NCBI RefSeq assembly: GCF_024298765.1
Contig: NZ_CP101210.1
DNA from: Escherichia coli
Lineage (GTDB): Bacteria; Pseudomonadota; Gammaproteobacteria; Enterobacterales; Enterobacteriaceae
DNA: 64,000 bases
Strand: one strand, 5' to 3'
Below the pieces are notes generated by a model. The model made no database searches. It worked only from the letters and a program-made list of their open reading frames with translations, and had not been told where the DNA came from. The position numbers were made by a program, and so were the translations under genes. Every line of letters starts with the position of its first letter. The stretch's first letter is position 1. Below, one piece after another: positions 1 to 8,568 of this stretch.

Positions 1-1710
1 CCGTTGCTGCTGTGCGAATTTATCCGCCTGCTGCGCCAGCGCGTTCAGGCGCTCCTGATACGTAACCTTGTCGCCAAGTGCAGCCAGCTGGCGTTTGTAC
101 TCCAGCGTCTCATCTTTATGCGCCAGCAGGGATTTCTCCTGTGCAGACAGCTGGCGACGTTGCGCCGCCTCCTCCAGTACCGCGAACTGACTCTCCGCCT
201 TCCACAAATCCCGGCGCTGCTGGCTGATTTTCTCATTTGCTCCGGCATGCCTCTCCAGCGTCCGGAGTTCAGCCTGAAGCGTCAGCAGGGCAGCATGAGC
301 ACTGTCTTCCTGACGATCGCCCGCAGACACCTTCACGCCGGACTGTTTCGGCTTTTTCAGCGTCGCTTCATAGTCCTTTTTCGCCGCCGCCATCAGCGTG
401 TTGTAATCTGCCTGCAGAATTTTCCCGTCCTTCAGTGCCTTGTTCAGTTCTTCCTGACGGGCGGTATATTTCTCCAGCGGCGTCTGCAGCCGTTCGTAAG
501 CCTTCTGCGCCTCTTCGGTATATTTCAGCCGTGACGCTTCAGTATCGCTCTGCTGCTGCGCATTTGTGTCCTGTTGACTCTGCTGTTCAGCCTTCTTTCT
601 CGCGGCTTCAAGCGCAAGACGGGCCTTTTCACGATCATCCCAGTAACGCGCCCGCGCTTCATCGTTAACAAAATAATCATCCTTGCGCAGACTCCAGATG
701 TCGTCCGCTTTCTTAAACGCAGCCTCTGCCTTAATCAGCATCTCCTGCGCGGTATCAGGACGACCAATATCCAGCACCGCATCCCACATGGATTTGAATG
801 CCCGCGCTGTCCTGTCTGCCCAGGTCTCCAGCGTACCCATGTTCTCTTTCAGGCGGCGGGTCTGGTCATCAAACCCTTTCGTCGCGGCCTCGTTCGCCGC
901 CTGCAATGCCCCGGCTTCATCGCCGGAACGCTGCAACTGAGCAACATACGCAATCTGCTCCGCCGTCACGTTATGGAACTGGCGTGCCATCGCCGTCAAC
1001 CCCGACGTCGGGTCTGTGGTCAGCTTCCCGAAGGCTTCAGCGACCTTGTCCACCTCCACACCGGATGCAGAGGAGAAACGCGCCACACTCTGGCTGATGG
1101 ACGCAATCTGAGCCTCACCGCTTACTCCCGCCTTAACCAGTGCGCTGAGTGACTCGCTGGTCTGGTTAAACGTCAGCCCTGCCACCTGCCCGGCTCTGGA
1201 CAGGACCAGCATGCGATCTGCCGTCAGACCCGACTGATTGCCGGAAAGGACCAGCGTTTTGTTGAAATCGGACAGGGTTGAGTTGCCCTGATACCAGGCA
1301 TACGCCAGCGCACCGGTCGCCACCGCCAGCGAGGTGGCCCCCACCATCGGCAGGTTGATCGCACCGGCAAGCCCCCTGAACATGGGGATCATCCCGCCGA
1401 AGGAGTCCTTAACCTGCCCCCCCTGTTGCAGCAGGATCAGCCACGGACTTTGCCCGCCTGCAAGCTGCGTGGCCACGTCGGTGAACTGTGCAGGCAGCAT
1501 ACGCATGGCGGCTTTATACTGTCCGACGGAAATCCCCGCTTTCTGTGCAGCCAGCGCCTGCCGGTTCATTGACTGTTCAACGACTGCCGCTGTTTTTTTC
1601 GCATCACTTTCCGTACCGGAAAAATGACGCCTGACTCTGGCCATCTGCTCGTCAAATCTGGCCGCATCCAGACTTAAATCAACGACCAGATCGCCTACCG
1701 GTTCAGCCAT
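1..1710 (-). CDS. H: tail tape measure protein H, N-terminal part (gene continues past window start)
   Basis: Minus-strand frame open from ATG near 1710 (MAEPVGDLVVDLSLD...) to the window edge; absent from ORF track because no stop in window; lies downstream of G-T as in lambda. Confidence 0.8.
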   Translation of the reverse strand, partial: MAEPVGDLVVDLSLDAARFDEQMARVRRHFSGTESDAKKTAAVVEQSMNRQALAAQKAGISVGQYKAAMRMLPAQFTDVATQLAGGQSPWLILLQQGGQVKDSFGGMIPMFRGLAGAINLPMVGATSLAVATGALAYAWYQGNSTLSDFNKTLVLSGNQSGLTADRMLVLSRAGQVAGLTFNQTSESLSALVKAGVSGEAQIASISQSVARFSSASGVEVDKVAEAFGKLTTDPTSGLTAMARQFHNVTAEQIAYVAQLQRSGDEAGALQAANEAATKGFDDQTRRLKENMGTLETWADRTARAFKSMWDAVLDIGRPDTAQEMLIKAEAAFKKADDIWSLRKDDYFVNDEARARYWDDREKARLALEAARKKAEQQSQQDTNAQQQSDTEASRLKYTEEAQKAYERLQTPLEKYTARQEELNKALKDGKILQADYNTLMAAAKKDYEATLKKPKQSGVKVSAGDRQEDSAHAALLTLQAELRTLERHAGANEKISQQRRDLWKAESQFAVLEEAAQRRQLSAQEKSLLAHKDETLEYKRQLAALGDKVTYQERLNALAQQADKFAQQQR

Positions 1711-2137
1711 ACCGGACTCCTCCTGCGATCCCTTCTGATACTGTCATCAGCATTACGTCATCCTCCGTCATGTCCGCCACATCCGGGGAAGCGGGGATAA
1801 CTTCATTCCCGTCCGGGCCAAAACGAACGCCTCCGGCAAGCCCTGCCGCTTTCTGCATCAGCACATCATCTTCAGGCTCTTCGTCAGCCTCGCGCCGGTT
1901 CAGCAGACTGAAATCCAGCGGATGCATCTCCGGATCGCTGAAAAACAGGCTGAGCACGGTGTACGTCAGCCCGGAAAAGTGCATATCCAGCAGAACATCA
2001 TGAAAATAATGGGTACTGTAAAAGCGGTGCCAGTCGGCATACTCCGTGGATGACATCCCGGCAAGCATGGCGCGCCAGTCGGGTCGCCCCATCTCACGCG
2101 CCAGTTTCAGGGCAAAACTCAGCTCACCGTCGAACAC
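1703..2137 (-). CDS. T: tail assembly protein T (made as G-T fusion by -1 frameshift)
   Basis: ORF track 144 aa; overlaps 3' end of G in -1 frame; lambda gene order. Confidence 0.8.
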   Translation of the reverse strand: MFDGELSFALKLAREMGRPDWRAMLAGMSSTEYADWHRFYSTHYFHDVLLDMHFSGLTYTVLSLFFSDPEMHPLDFSLLNRREADEEPEDDVLMQKAAGLAGGVRFGPDGNEVIPASPDVADMTEDDVMLMTVSEGIAGGVRYG

Positions 2138-2541
2138 TTTCCCGCAGAAACAGGCACTGCAGGCCCGGCGTCCTCTGCCTGTTCAGGAGCATCATTCACC
2201 ACAAACTCATACATACCGGACAGCCGGTACACCACGTTTTCAGCATGAGAAATTGCCTCTGTGGGCCAGGTGGTAAGCACTTCCTGCTCAATCTGTTTAA
2301 CGGCTTCATTCATGGAAGGCAGCTTTGTCTTCTGCGGATGGTTATGCCACAGGGACATCGCTACCACAAAAGCACCGGTTCTGATGGCGTCTTCCACAGT
2401 AAACTTCCGGTTGCTGTCTGACTCCGCCTGTTCTGCCTGCCGTTTCATCAGGTCGAGATGCTCAATACGCTGCAGGGCTGACAGTTCAGAAAGCGTGACG
2501 GTCACACCGTTATGTTCAAATGATTCGGTTTTCAGGAACAT
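2119..2541 (-). CDS. G: tail assembly chaperone G
   Basis: 140 aa, MFLKTESFEHNGVTVTLSEL..., matches lambda gpG as recalled. Confidence 0.9.
   Translation of the reverse strand: MFLKTESFEHNGVTVTLSELSALQRIEHLDLMKRQAEQAESDSNRKFTVEDAIRTGAFVVAMSLWHNHPQKTKLPSMNEAVKQIEQEVLTTWPTEAISHAENVVYRLSGMYEFVVNDAPEQAEDAGPAVPVSAGKCSTVS
2137..2143 (-). other. programmed -1 frameshift slippery heptamer G GGA AAG (G-T fusion)
   Basis: Forward-strand ctttccc (reverse complement GGGAAAG) at the G/T overlap. Confidence 0.6.
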
Positions 2542-2556
2542 CGCTGACTCTCCGGA

Positions 2557-3297
2557 TTAACTGGCGGTGACGTTGATTTCTGCAACCGCAGCAAACTCAC
2601 CATTACCAGATACGACCGGAATGTTGACCTTGCCTGCAGCAACACCTTTCACGGTGATGGTCATACCACTGACCGACACGGTGGCTTTTGTTTTATCCGC
2701 AGACACCGCACGGAAGCTCTTGTCGGTTGCGCCATCCGGCTGGAATGCCACGGTCAGCGTGGTGCTCTGCCCTTTCACTACGGAAGCACTGGCGGGTGTC
2801 ACCGTCATGCCGGTCGTCGCCGTCACCGTGCTGCGATCTTCTGCCATCGACGGACGGCCCACATTGGTGACCTTCACCGTGCGGGTAATCACTTCCTTCG
2901 CCGTCACCGCCTTACCGATACTGCTGACCCAGCCACGGAACACATCGACCGTGCCGTTCGGGAAGCGGATTTTATAGGCACGGGTATCACCTTCATTAAA
3001 CCACGCCAGCAGCGCCTGCTGCCCCTGCTCTCCGGGCATCCACGCCAGCGTGAAGCTGGTATCTCCGGCAGATTTCTGCCCCTGCCCGGTCGCAGTCCAG
3101 TCTGCATCTTCATCATCGAGATAGCTGTCGTCATAGGACTCAGCGGTCAGTTCGCCGGGCGTCAGGTCTTTAACTTTTGCCAGACGCGACCAGTCAACGT
3201 CTGAAAGCGGGTTCGCATAAGGGTCACCGCTCCCCTTATAAACCCACAGGGTGGTTCCGGCACCTTTCACCGGTATTGCTGGATTTGGTACAGGCAT
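2557..3297 (-). CDS. V: major tail protein V
   Basis: ORF 2557..3327; internal start MPVPNP... gives 246 aa like lambda gpV; C-terminal Ig-like domain. Confidence 0.9.
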   Translation of the reverse strand: MPVPNPAIPVKGAGTTLWVYKGSGDPYANPLSDVDWSRLAKVKDLTPGELTAESYDDSYLDDEDADWTATGQGQKSAGDTSFTLAWMPGEQGQQALLAWFNEGDTRAYKIRFPNGTVDVFRGWVSSIGKAVTAKEVITRTVKVTNVGRPSMAEDRSTVTATTGMTVTPASASVVKGQSTTLTVAFQPDGATDKSFRAVSADKTKATVSVSGMTITVKGVAAGKVNIPVVSGNGEFAAVAEINVTAS

Positions 3298-3304
3298 ATC
3301 GTCC

Positions 3305-3700
3305 TCACATTTCATAGGTAATGACATACGTCAGATCGGCAGAACTCCACAAGCCCGCATCATCGTCGCGCCGGTAGTCATAGCCACTGGCCACCATACT
3401 GGTGATCAAATCTGACAGTGCCGGGATATCGCTCATCACCGGATAAATCCGGGACTCCATCCACGCATCCAGCTCTGAATCCGGCACCTGAGCAGGCAGG
3501 AAAACTTCAATATGCAGCTCCGCCTGCCAGGTATCGCTGTCCAGCTCTTCGCCCGTGTATTCAGCGCCGGTGAGATAAACGGCAATTGCCGGAAAATCTT
3601 CCTCATCAAAAACAGCAGGGCGACCATCAAAAAACGTCGCCCCGGTGTCATGCTTCTCCAGTGCATCCAGTACGGCTGCACGGAGTTCAGTATGTTTCAT
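3305..3700 (-). CDS. U: tail terminator protein U
   Basis: 131 aa [16 protein letters not shown]..., lambda gpU. Confidence 0.9.
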   Translation of the reverse strand: MKHTELRAAVLDALEKHDTGATFFDGRPAVFDEEDFPAIAVYLTGAEYTGEELDSDTWQAELHIEVFLPAQVPDSELDAWMESRIYPVMSDIPALSDLITSMVASGYDYRRDDDAGLWSSADLTYVITYEM

Positions 3701-4275
3701 CGCTTTATTACCATCCTCAGTTGATGCTGCAGCGCATAGCCCAGCTCTTTCGGAAGACGCTCACGCCGTATCCGCTCAATATTCTGTTTAAACGCCGTGG
3801 TCAGCGGCACCGCCATCGGGATTTTCACCACATCAATGGGGTAACGGTTTTTCCCGGCCACACGCTGCATGACATGCCAGCGGCCATTTTTCAGTTGCTG
3901 AATAAACGCGCCGGGAATACGACGGTTTCCCACCACAAGCACGCTGCCGCCACCTTTCAGGGCTGAACGCTGCCCCTTTTTACGACGCCTGCGTCGGGAC
4001 AGGACAATCCGCGCGTTACCCAGCTTTATTACGGGCAAATCCCCCCGGTTAACCTTGATTCTGGCCTGCGGATTTTTGACCGTGGCCCTTTTCAGCCAGG
4101 CCCTTTCCTTTACCAGTTTCCGGCGTACCTTTGTCTCACGGGCAACCTGTGACGCCGACTGCGATATCGCGGATGAAGCAACGCGGTTAATGGCCATTGC
4201 GGCGGCACCGGGCACCGCCGTTCTGCTGATACGGCTGAGGTTTTCAACGGCCTGCTCAAGACCTTTTATGGCCAT
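3697..4275 (-). CDS. Z: tail completion protein Z
   Basis: 192 aa MAIKGLEQAVENLSRIS..., lambda gpZ. Confidence 0.9.
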   Translation of the reverse strand: MAIKGLEQAVENLSRISRTAVPGAAAMAINRVASSAISQSASQVARETKVRRKLVKERAWLKRATVKNPQARIKVNRGDLPVIKLGNARIVLSRRRRRKKGQRSALKGGGSVLVVGNRRIPGAFIQQLKNGRWHVMQRVAGKNRYPIDVVKIPMAVPLTTAFKQNIERIRRERLPKELGYALQHQLRMVIKR

Positions 4276-4286
4276 ACATCCCCCTT

Positions 4287-4640
4287 TCAGCGGCGACGGT
4301 TAACGGCAGGCGGTACGCCCCGCCCAAGCCAGAGATGACAGCTTCCGCCATCATCCGGCGAAATCCGGTCTATCCAGAAGTTTTCCTCACCGATGGTCAG
4401 CGTGTCGCCGCGCCGCAGCTGCCGCACATCATCAGTCCGGACAAACAGGGACGGGCTGGAGCCTTCAACGCGTACGCCCTGTCCGGCATAGCTGATATTT
4501 TCAGGGTCATCAAAAACACCACGTATTACTGCGCCGGACTGCTCACCGGATGTCATGGTGGCTGACGTTCCCATGTACCCGCGTATCGTTTCATCGGCGC
4601 GGGCAATGGCAGCATCGAACAGGTTATCGAAATCAGCCAC
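4287..4640 (-). CDS. FII: head-tail joining protein FII
   Basis: 117 aa MADFDNLFDAAIARADETIRGYMG..., lambda gpFII. Confidence 0.9.
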   Translation of the reverse strand: MADFDNLFDAAIARADETIRGYMGTSATMTSGEQSGAVIRGVFDDPENISYAGQGVRVEGSSPSLFVRTDDVRQLRRGDTLTIGEENFWIDRISPDDGGSCHLWLGRGVPPAVNRRR

Positions 4641-4651
4641 AGCGCCTCCCG

Positions 4652-5047
4652 TTATTGCATTCTGGCCAGGCCGCGCTCTGTCATTTCAGCTGCCACACCG
4701 GCAGAGACACGGAACGCCGTTCCCGGCAGCACAAATGCCACAGCCTCATCCCGCGTGGCGTGAAGTGCATCAGTATGCAGCGTCACCAGTGCCACAACCG
4801 TGACCAGATCAGCCGTATCAGTCACGGTATCCGGCTGCGCTGATACCACCTCATTTTCATGTCCGGTCAGCGCATTTTCCGGGCTGACAGATGTGTCCTG
4901 ACCGGCAGCGTCATCCGTGTCATCAAGCTCCTCTTCCAGCTCTGCCACACGGAGCGCCAGTTCTTCTTTCGTCCCCGTCAGGCTGACATCACGGTTCAGT
5001 TGTTCACCCAGCGAGCGGAGACGGGCAATCAGTTCATCTTTCGTCAT
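4652..5047 (-). CDS. FI: DNA packaging protein FI
   Basis: ORF 4652..5086; internal start MTKDELIARLRSLGEQ... gives ~131 aa like lambda gpFI. Confidence 0.85.
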   Translation of the reverse strand: MTKDELIARLRSLGEQLNRDVSLTGTKEELALRVAELEEELDDTDDAAGQDTSVSPENALTGHENEVVSAQPDTVTDTADLVTVVALVTLHTDALHATRDEAVAFVLPGTAFRVSAGVAAEMTERGLARMQ

Positions 5048-5088
5048 GGACTCCTCCACAGAGAAACAATGGCCCCGAAGGGCCATGA

Positions 5089-5868
5089 TTACGCCAGTTG
5101 TACGGACACGAACTCATCAGGGTCAGCCAGCAGCATCAGCGGTGCTGACTGAATCATGGTGAACTCACGCGCCGGATCGCCGGTGGTCACCCAGTTTTTC
5201 GGGTAACGGGCAGAGGCGTTAATGCCTTCGCGCTGTGCGTCCGCATCCTGAATGCAGCCATAGGTGCGCAGACCGCGTGCATGAGTGTTACCCAGCACCA
5301 TCGTGTTGTCCGGCAGGAAGTTCTTTTTGACGCCGTTTTCCACGTACTGTCCGGAATACACGACGATGGCCACATCGCCATACATCCCCTTATAGGACAC
5401 CGCTTTACCCAGGTCTTTCACCGCTGTCTCCAGCTCGGAATGAGAGCCGCGACGGGTATCCAGCTTCTCCTTGACGGCGTTGAAGGAACGGAACAGCGCC
5501 CAGCCTTTCGGATCAAACACGATGATATTCACCACGCCGCTGGCGTTCAGCGCGTAGGCTTCGATATCGTCGGTCGGGTCATACGTGGACTTGTCACGCT
5601 TGCTCCACTCCGTGCCGCCGGACTGCGTGATGTTGTTCGCCGCACTGCGGCCCATATCCACCTCAACCGGATCGAAGGCTTCACCGGTCATGGTGTATTT
5701 GCCCTTGAGCACGGCAGAAACTGCCTGCATCTCTTCGACCTGAGCAATGGCCAGCTCTTCGTCACGCATGTTCTGCAGGATGATGCGACGGCGGCGGTAA
5801 GCCGGGTCCGCCAGATTCTGCGGATCTTCATCCGGCAGGCGACGCAGGGTCATCTGCGGATTCACTTC
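5089..5868 (-). pseudogene. E: major capsid protein E, C-terminal ~258 codons, separated from its 5' part by a ~10.9 kb insertion
   Basis: ORF 5089..5865 begins EVNPQMTLRRLPDE..., i.e. lambda gpE from about residue 91; no start codon of its own. Confidence 0.9.
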
Positions 5869-5869
5869 A

Positions 5870-5879
5870 TGCTTGGGTT
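5870..5879. repeat. left junction direct repeat (att core copy) TGCTTGGGTT
   Basis: Identical 10-mer at 16754..16763; context atgcttgggtta vs gtgcttgggttt. Confidence 0.8.
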
Positions 5880-5955
5880 ACATGAGTCAAATATGAAAGG
5901 ATGTGAATGATTTGATTACGTTTTAGCTATAGAATTGAAATGGAAAATCCTTGAA

Positions 5956-5976
5956 TGCAATACAACGTGCAATACA
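5956..5976. repeat. GCAATACA direct repeats near left end (candidate arm-type integrase sites)
   Basis: tgcaatacaacgtgcaatacatgg; the same motif recurs at the right end. Confidence 0.45.
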
Positions 5977-6013
5977 TGGATGAAAACCATCACTCATTTA
6001 ACAAGAGGAATCT

Positions 6014-6919
6014 ATGCGCTCACCCAACAGAATGCATGAACGCTCAACATTTTATAAGTATATGTCGTTGAATACCGCGAAGATTGTTCTTGATTCATGC
6101 AGCCTTAGATGGAGTTCTCCGGTCCTATTTAATGACCCTTTTGATGTTCCAAGAGAAGTTATGCCTGGTATTAACGAAATTAATATTGGCAAAGCTTTAG
6201 CCCGCAAGTTAATAGCGGAGTTGATTACCCCCAGAGAAGACATACAAAATTTAAACCCTAGAATTAGAACAATGCTAAGTGATTTCCAAAAGTCATTTCC
6301 TTTAGGCATACCCGCAGGATTAATTGAAAGATTTCAAGAAATGGTAAACATTCCACCAGTTGGGATTGGCGCTCCTGCGGCAATACAAGAAATGAAAGAT
6401 ATCTGGCGAGGAATGCTTAATAACAGAAGGATTTTGTGTTTATCTGAGAGCCCTATAATCACTCCTATGTGGAATCACTATGCCGATAAATATAAAGGTA
6501 TAGTTATCGAATTTGATTGTGTAGACTTTCTGGATAGCGCTTGGTTAATAGCCAAACCTATGAAATACACAGATGAAATGCCTCTAACTCACACTGCTGA
6601 AGGGATGGCCGAGTTGCTTTTCATGCCAGACAATAAGTCAATTGAATATATCAATAATGAGATAATATTCATAAAAACAGAAGAATGGGCATATGAAAGA
6701 GAGTGGAGAATTTCAACCTACGCTAGGCCAAATAGCACTGGTCAATATAGCGACTTAAAATTTCACCCTTTTGAGTTAAAATCTGTAATACTTGGTCCTC
6801 TTTTTGATGCCAGCGAGTTCGATGAAGTCGCATCACTAGTTAAAATGTATCCAAGAGCGAAATTATTTAAAAGTTCATTTGGGAACGACAGAAAAATATC
6901 CATAGTACCACTACCTTAA
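6014..6919 (+). CDS. DUF2971-like hypothetical protein, AT-rich cargo
   Basis: 301 aa; motifs FYKY, LFNDPFD, EWAYEREWR recalled as DUF2971-like; codon usage visibly more AT-rich than neighbours; hairpin terminator follows. Confidence 0.6.
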   Translation: MRSPNRMHERSTFYKYMSLNTAKIVLDSCSLRWSSPVLFNDPFDVPREVMPGINEINIGKALARKLIAELITPREDIQNLNPRIRTMLSDFQKSFPLGIPAGLIERFQEMVNIPPVGIGAPAAIQEMKDIWRGMLNNRRILCLSESPIITPMWNHYADKYKGIVIEFDCVDFLDSAWLIAKPMKYTDEMPLTHTAEGMAELLFMPDNKSIEYINNEIIFIKTEEWAYEREWRISTYARPNSTGQYSDLKFHPFELKSVILGPLFDASEFDEVASLVKMYPRAKLFKSSFGNDRKISIVPLP

Positions 6920-7025
6920 AAGGTCAAATGCTTTTGACAAATAAAATCTATCGCCAGTTTTACTGGCGACTTTTAAGCAACAAAGAACCACCTAAGCACT
7001 CTTCCTACCTATGGTTTCATTTGTT

Positions 7026-7577
7026 TTAACTTCGCTGATTATCCTTGATATACCTTTCAGCCATATCTGGAATGTTATCTGAGATCTGGTAAGCTCGAAT
7101 AAATGCTTTACTGACCTCCATCTTAATGAAGTCCTGATACCGTTTTTCCATGCCAGGAAACTGTCGACAGATCGCAAGTGGAAGACTATCAATGATTGCT
7201 CCAACTTCCCCAGTTAATTTCGACAAGGCATAAGTCGCAAATGCAGTGTCAATTACCTCACCTGTTTCGCTGGCATTCTTCAGTTCCTGTGCGTCGGCCT
7301 GCGCACGCGTAAGTCGATGGCGTTCGTACTCAATAGTCCCTGGCTGGAGATCTGTCTCGCTGGCCTGCCGCAGTTCTTCAACTTCCCGGCGCAGCTTTTC
7401 GTTCTCAATTTCAGCATCCCTTTCGGCATACCATTTTATGACGGCGGCAGAGTCATAAAGCACCTCATTACCCTTGCCACCGCCTCGCAGAACGGGCATT
7501 CCCTGTTCCTGCCAGTTCTGAATGGTACGGATACTCGCACCGAAAATGTCAGCCAGCTGCTTTTTGTTGACTTCCAT
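7026..7577 (-). CDS. terminase small subunit Nu1-like; N-terminal ~100 aa identical to the prophage Nu1, C-terminal half divergent
   Basis: 183 aa; MEVNKKQLADIFGASIRTIQNWQEQG... identical to ORF 22397..22942 over the DNA-binding domain, then about half-identical. Confidence 0.85.
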   Translation of the reverse strand: MEVNKKQLADIFGASIRTIQNWQEQGMPVLRGGGKGNEVLYDSAAVIKWYAERDAEIENEKLRREVEELRQASETDLQPGTIEYERHRLTRAQADAQELKNASETGEVIDTAFATYALSKLTGEVGAIIDSLPLAICRQFPGMEKRYQDFIKMEVSKAFIRAYQISDNIPDMAERYIKDNQRS

Positions 7578-7599
7578 TGTTCATTCCACGGACAAAAAC

Positions 7600-7790
7600 A
7601 GAGAAAGGAAACGACAGAGGCCAAAAAGCTCGCTTTCAGCACCTGTCGTTTCCTTTCTTTTCAGGGGGTATTTTAAATAAAAACATTAAGTTACGACGAA
7701 GAAGAACGGAAACGCCTTAAACCGGAAAATTTTCATAAATAGCGAAAATCCGCGCGCCTGACGCCCCGTAGCCTGTCAGATCGCCGGAAA
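7600..7790 (-). other. cos-like site of the element: cosB conserved, cosN divergent
   Basis: Aligns base for base with prophage cos at ~22960..23150; the 12-nt cohesive-end sequence differs at 5 positions (aggtcgccgccc vs cgcctgacgccc on the + strand). Confidence 0.7.
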
Positions 7791-7822
7791 GGACCCGCCA
7801 GCCAGAGCGGGCCCTAATTTCA

Positions 7823-8206
7823 TCAACCAATCAGCTTATAGCGACCATCCCGTGCATTGCGGCGTACACGCTCAATCTTGAGGCATAGCGCCGCATCTGG
7901 CTTTTTTGGGACAGGTACGCGGCAATATTCAGAAGCGCGAGGAATATTATTTATCCAGTCGATCACTTCACTTAAATACCAGGCCTTACGCCCTTCCGTA
8001 ACCTGCACACGCTCCGGGAACTCTCCACTAGCCTCAAGGTTTAGCAGTGTACGCCGACTCAGGGTTGTAATTTCCATCACCTGATTCATATCAACAAGGC
8101 GCTCGCTTAAACACATTTTGTCAGCGATAGCTTTTAATTCCTCTACAGCTGGATTCGGGTACATCATTTCGGCAATTGGCTTAAGGTCATTGTAATCATT
8201 CTGCAT
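7823..8206 (-). CDS. AlpA-family DNA-binding protein with N-terminal extension
   Basis: 127 aa; C-terminal part (ITTLSRRTLLNLEASGEFPERVQVTEGRKAWYLSEVIDWI) resembles AlpA/excisionase-type wHTH. Confidence 0.6.
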   Translation of the reverse strand: MQNDYNDLKPIAEMMYPNPAVEELKAIADKMCLSERLVDMNQVMEITTLSRRTLLNLEASGEFPERVQVTEGRKAWYLSEVIDWINNIPRASEYCRVPVPKKPDAALCLKIERVRRNARDGRYKLIG

Positions 8207-8217
8207 TGTATCCCCCT

Positions 8218-8559
8218 TTACACACGAGCCAGCGGCTGAACAGAAATACCTGAGCCAACAAACGCTGCAATCTTTACTGACAGTTCTTTTACAGACTCAG
8301 GCCAGTTCAGAGCATCAACATTTAAGACACCTGTCTTATAGACCTGAGCCTGTGTTTTTTTCGCGGTGTCGATTTGTACAGCGGAAACATAAACCGCTTT
8401 ACCTACGCTCGAACCATCCCATACCACCAGTGCACCTGTTGCATCTTCCTGCATCAGTGGCGTAAATGCAGGAATTACCCCTTTATTAGCTGAAAATATC
8501 CCCAGCGTAGTCACCAGTGCTTCAGTGCCAGCCATGAGTTCAGTGTAATGAGTAGCCAT
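8218..8559 (-). CDS. head decoration protein, gpD family
   Basis: 113 aa; ...VVWDGSSVGKAVYVSAV...FVGSGISVQ parallels lambda gpD ...[17 protein letters not shown]...FAGTAISIV. Confidence 0.65.
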   Translation of the reverse strand: MATHYTELMAGTEALVTTLGIFSANKGVIPAFTPLMQEDATGALVVWDGSSVGKAVYVSAVQIDTAKKTQAQVYKTGVLNVDALNWPESVKELSVKIAAFVGSGISVQPLARV

Positions 8560-8568
8560 TGCTCCCCC

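Noticed and set aside
4-1627. Plus-strand ORFs (176, 143, 192, 85, 99, 97 aa) at the window start
   Set aside because: They lie antisense to the open tape-measure gene H frame on the minus strand, which continues to the window edge and matches lambda H; antisense frames in GC-rich coding DNA are routinely open.
7026-7790. Second nu1/cos copy as an assembly duplication or tandem prophage artefact
   Set aside because: Only about 450 bp are near-identical; the nu1 3' half, cosN and all flanking genes differ from the prophage copy, and the copy lies inside an insertion with clean direct-repeat junctions. A real, diverged paralogous module is the simpler reading.
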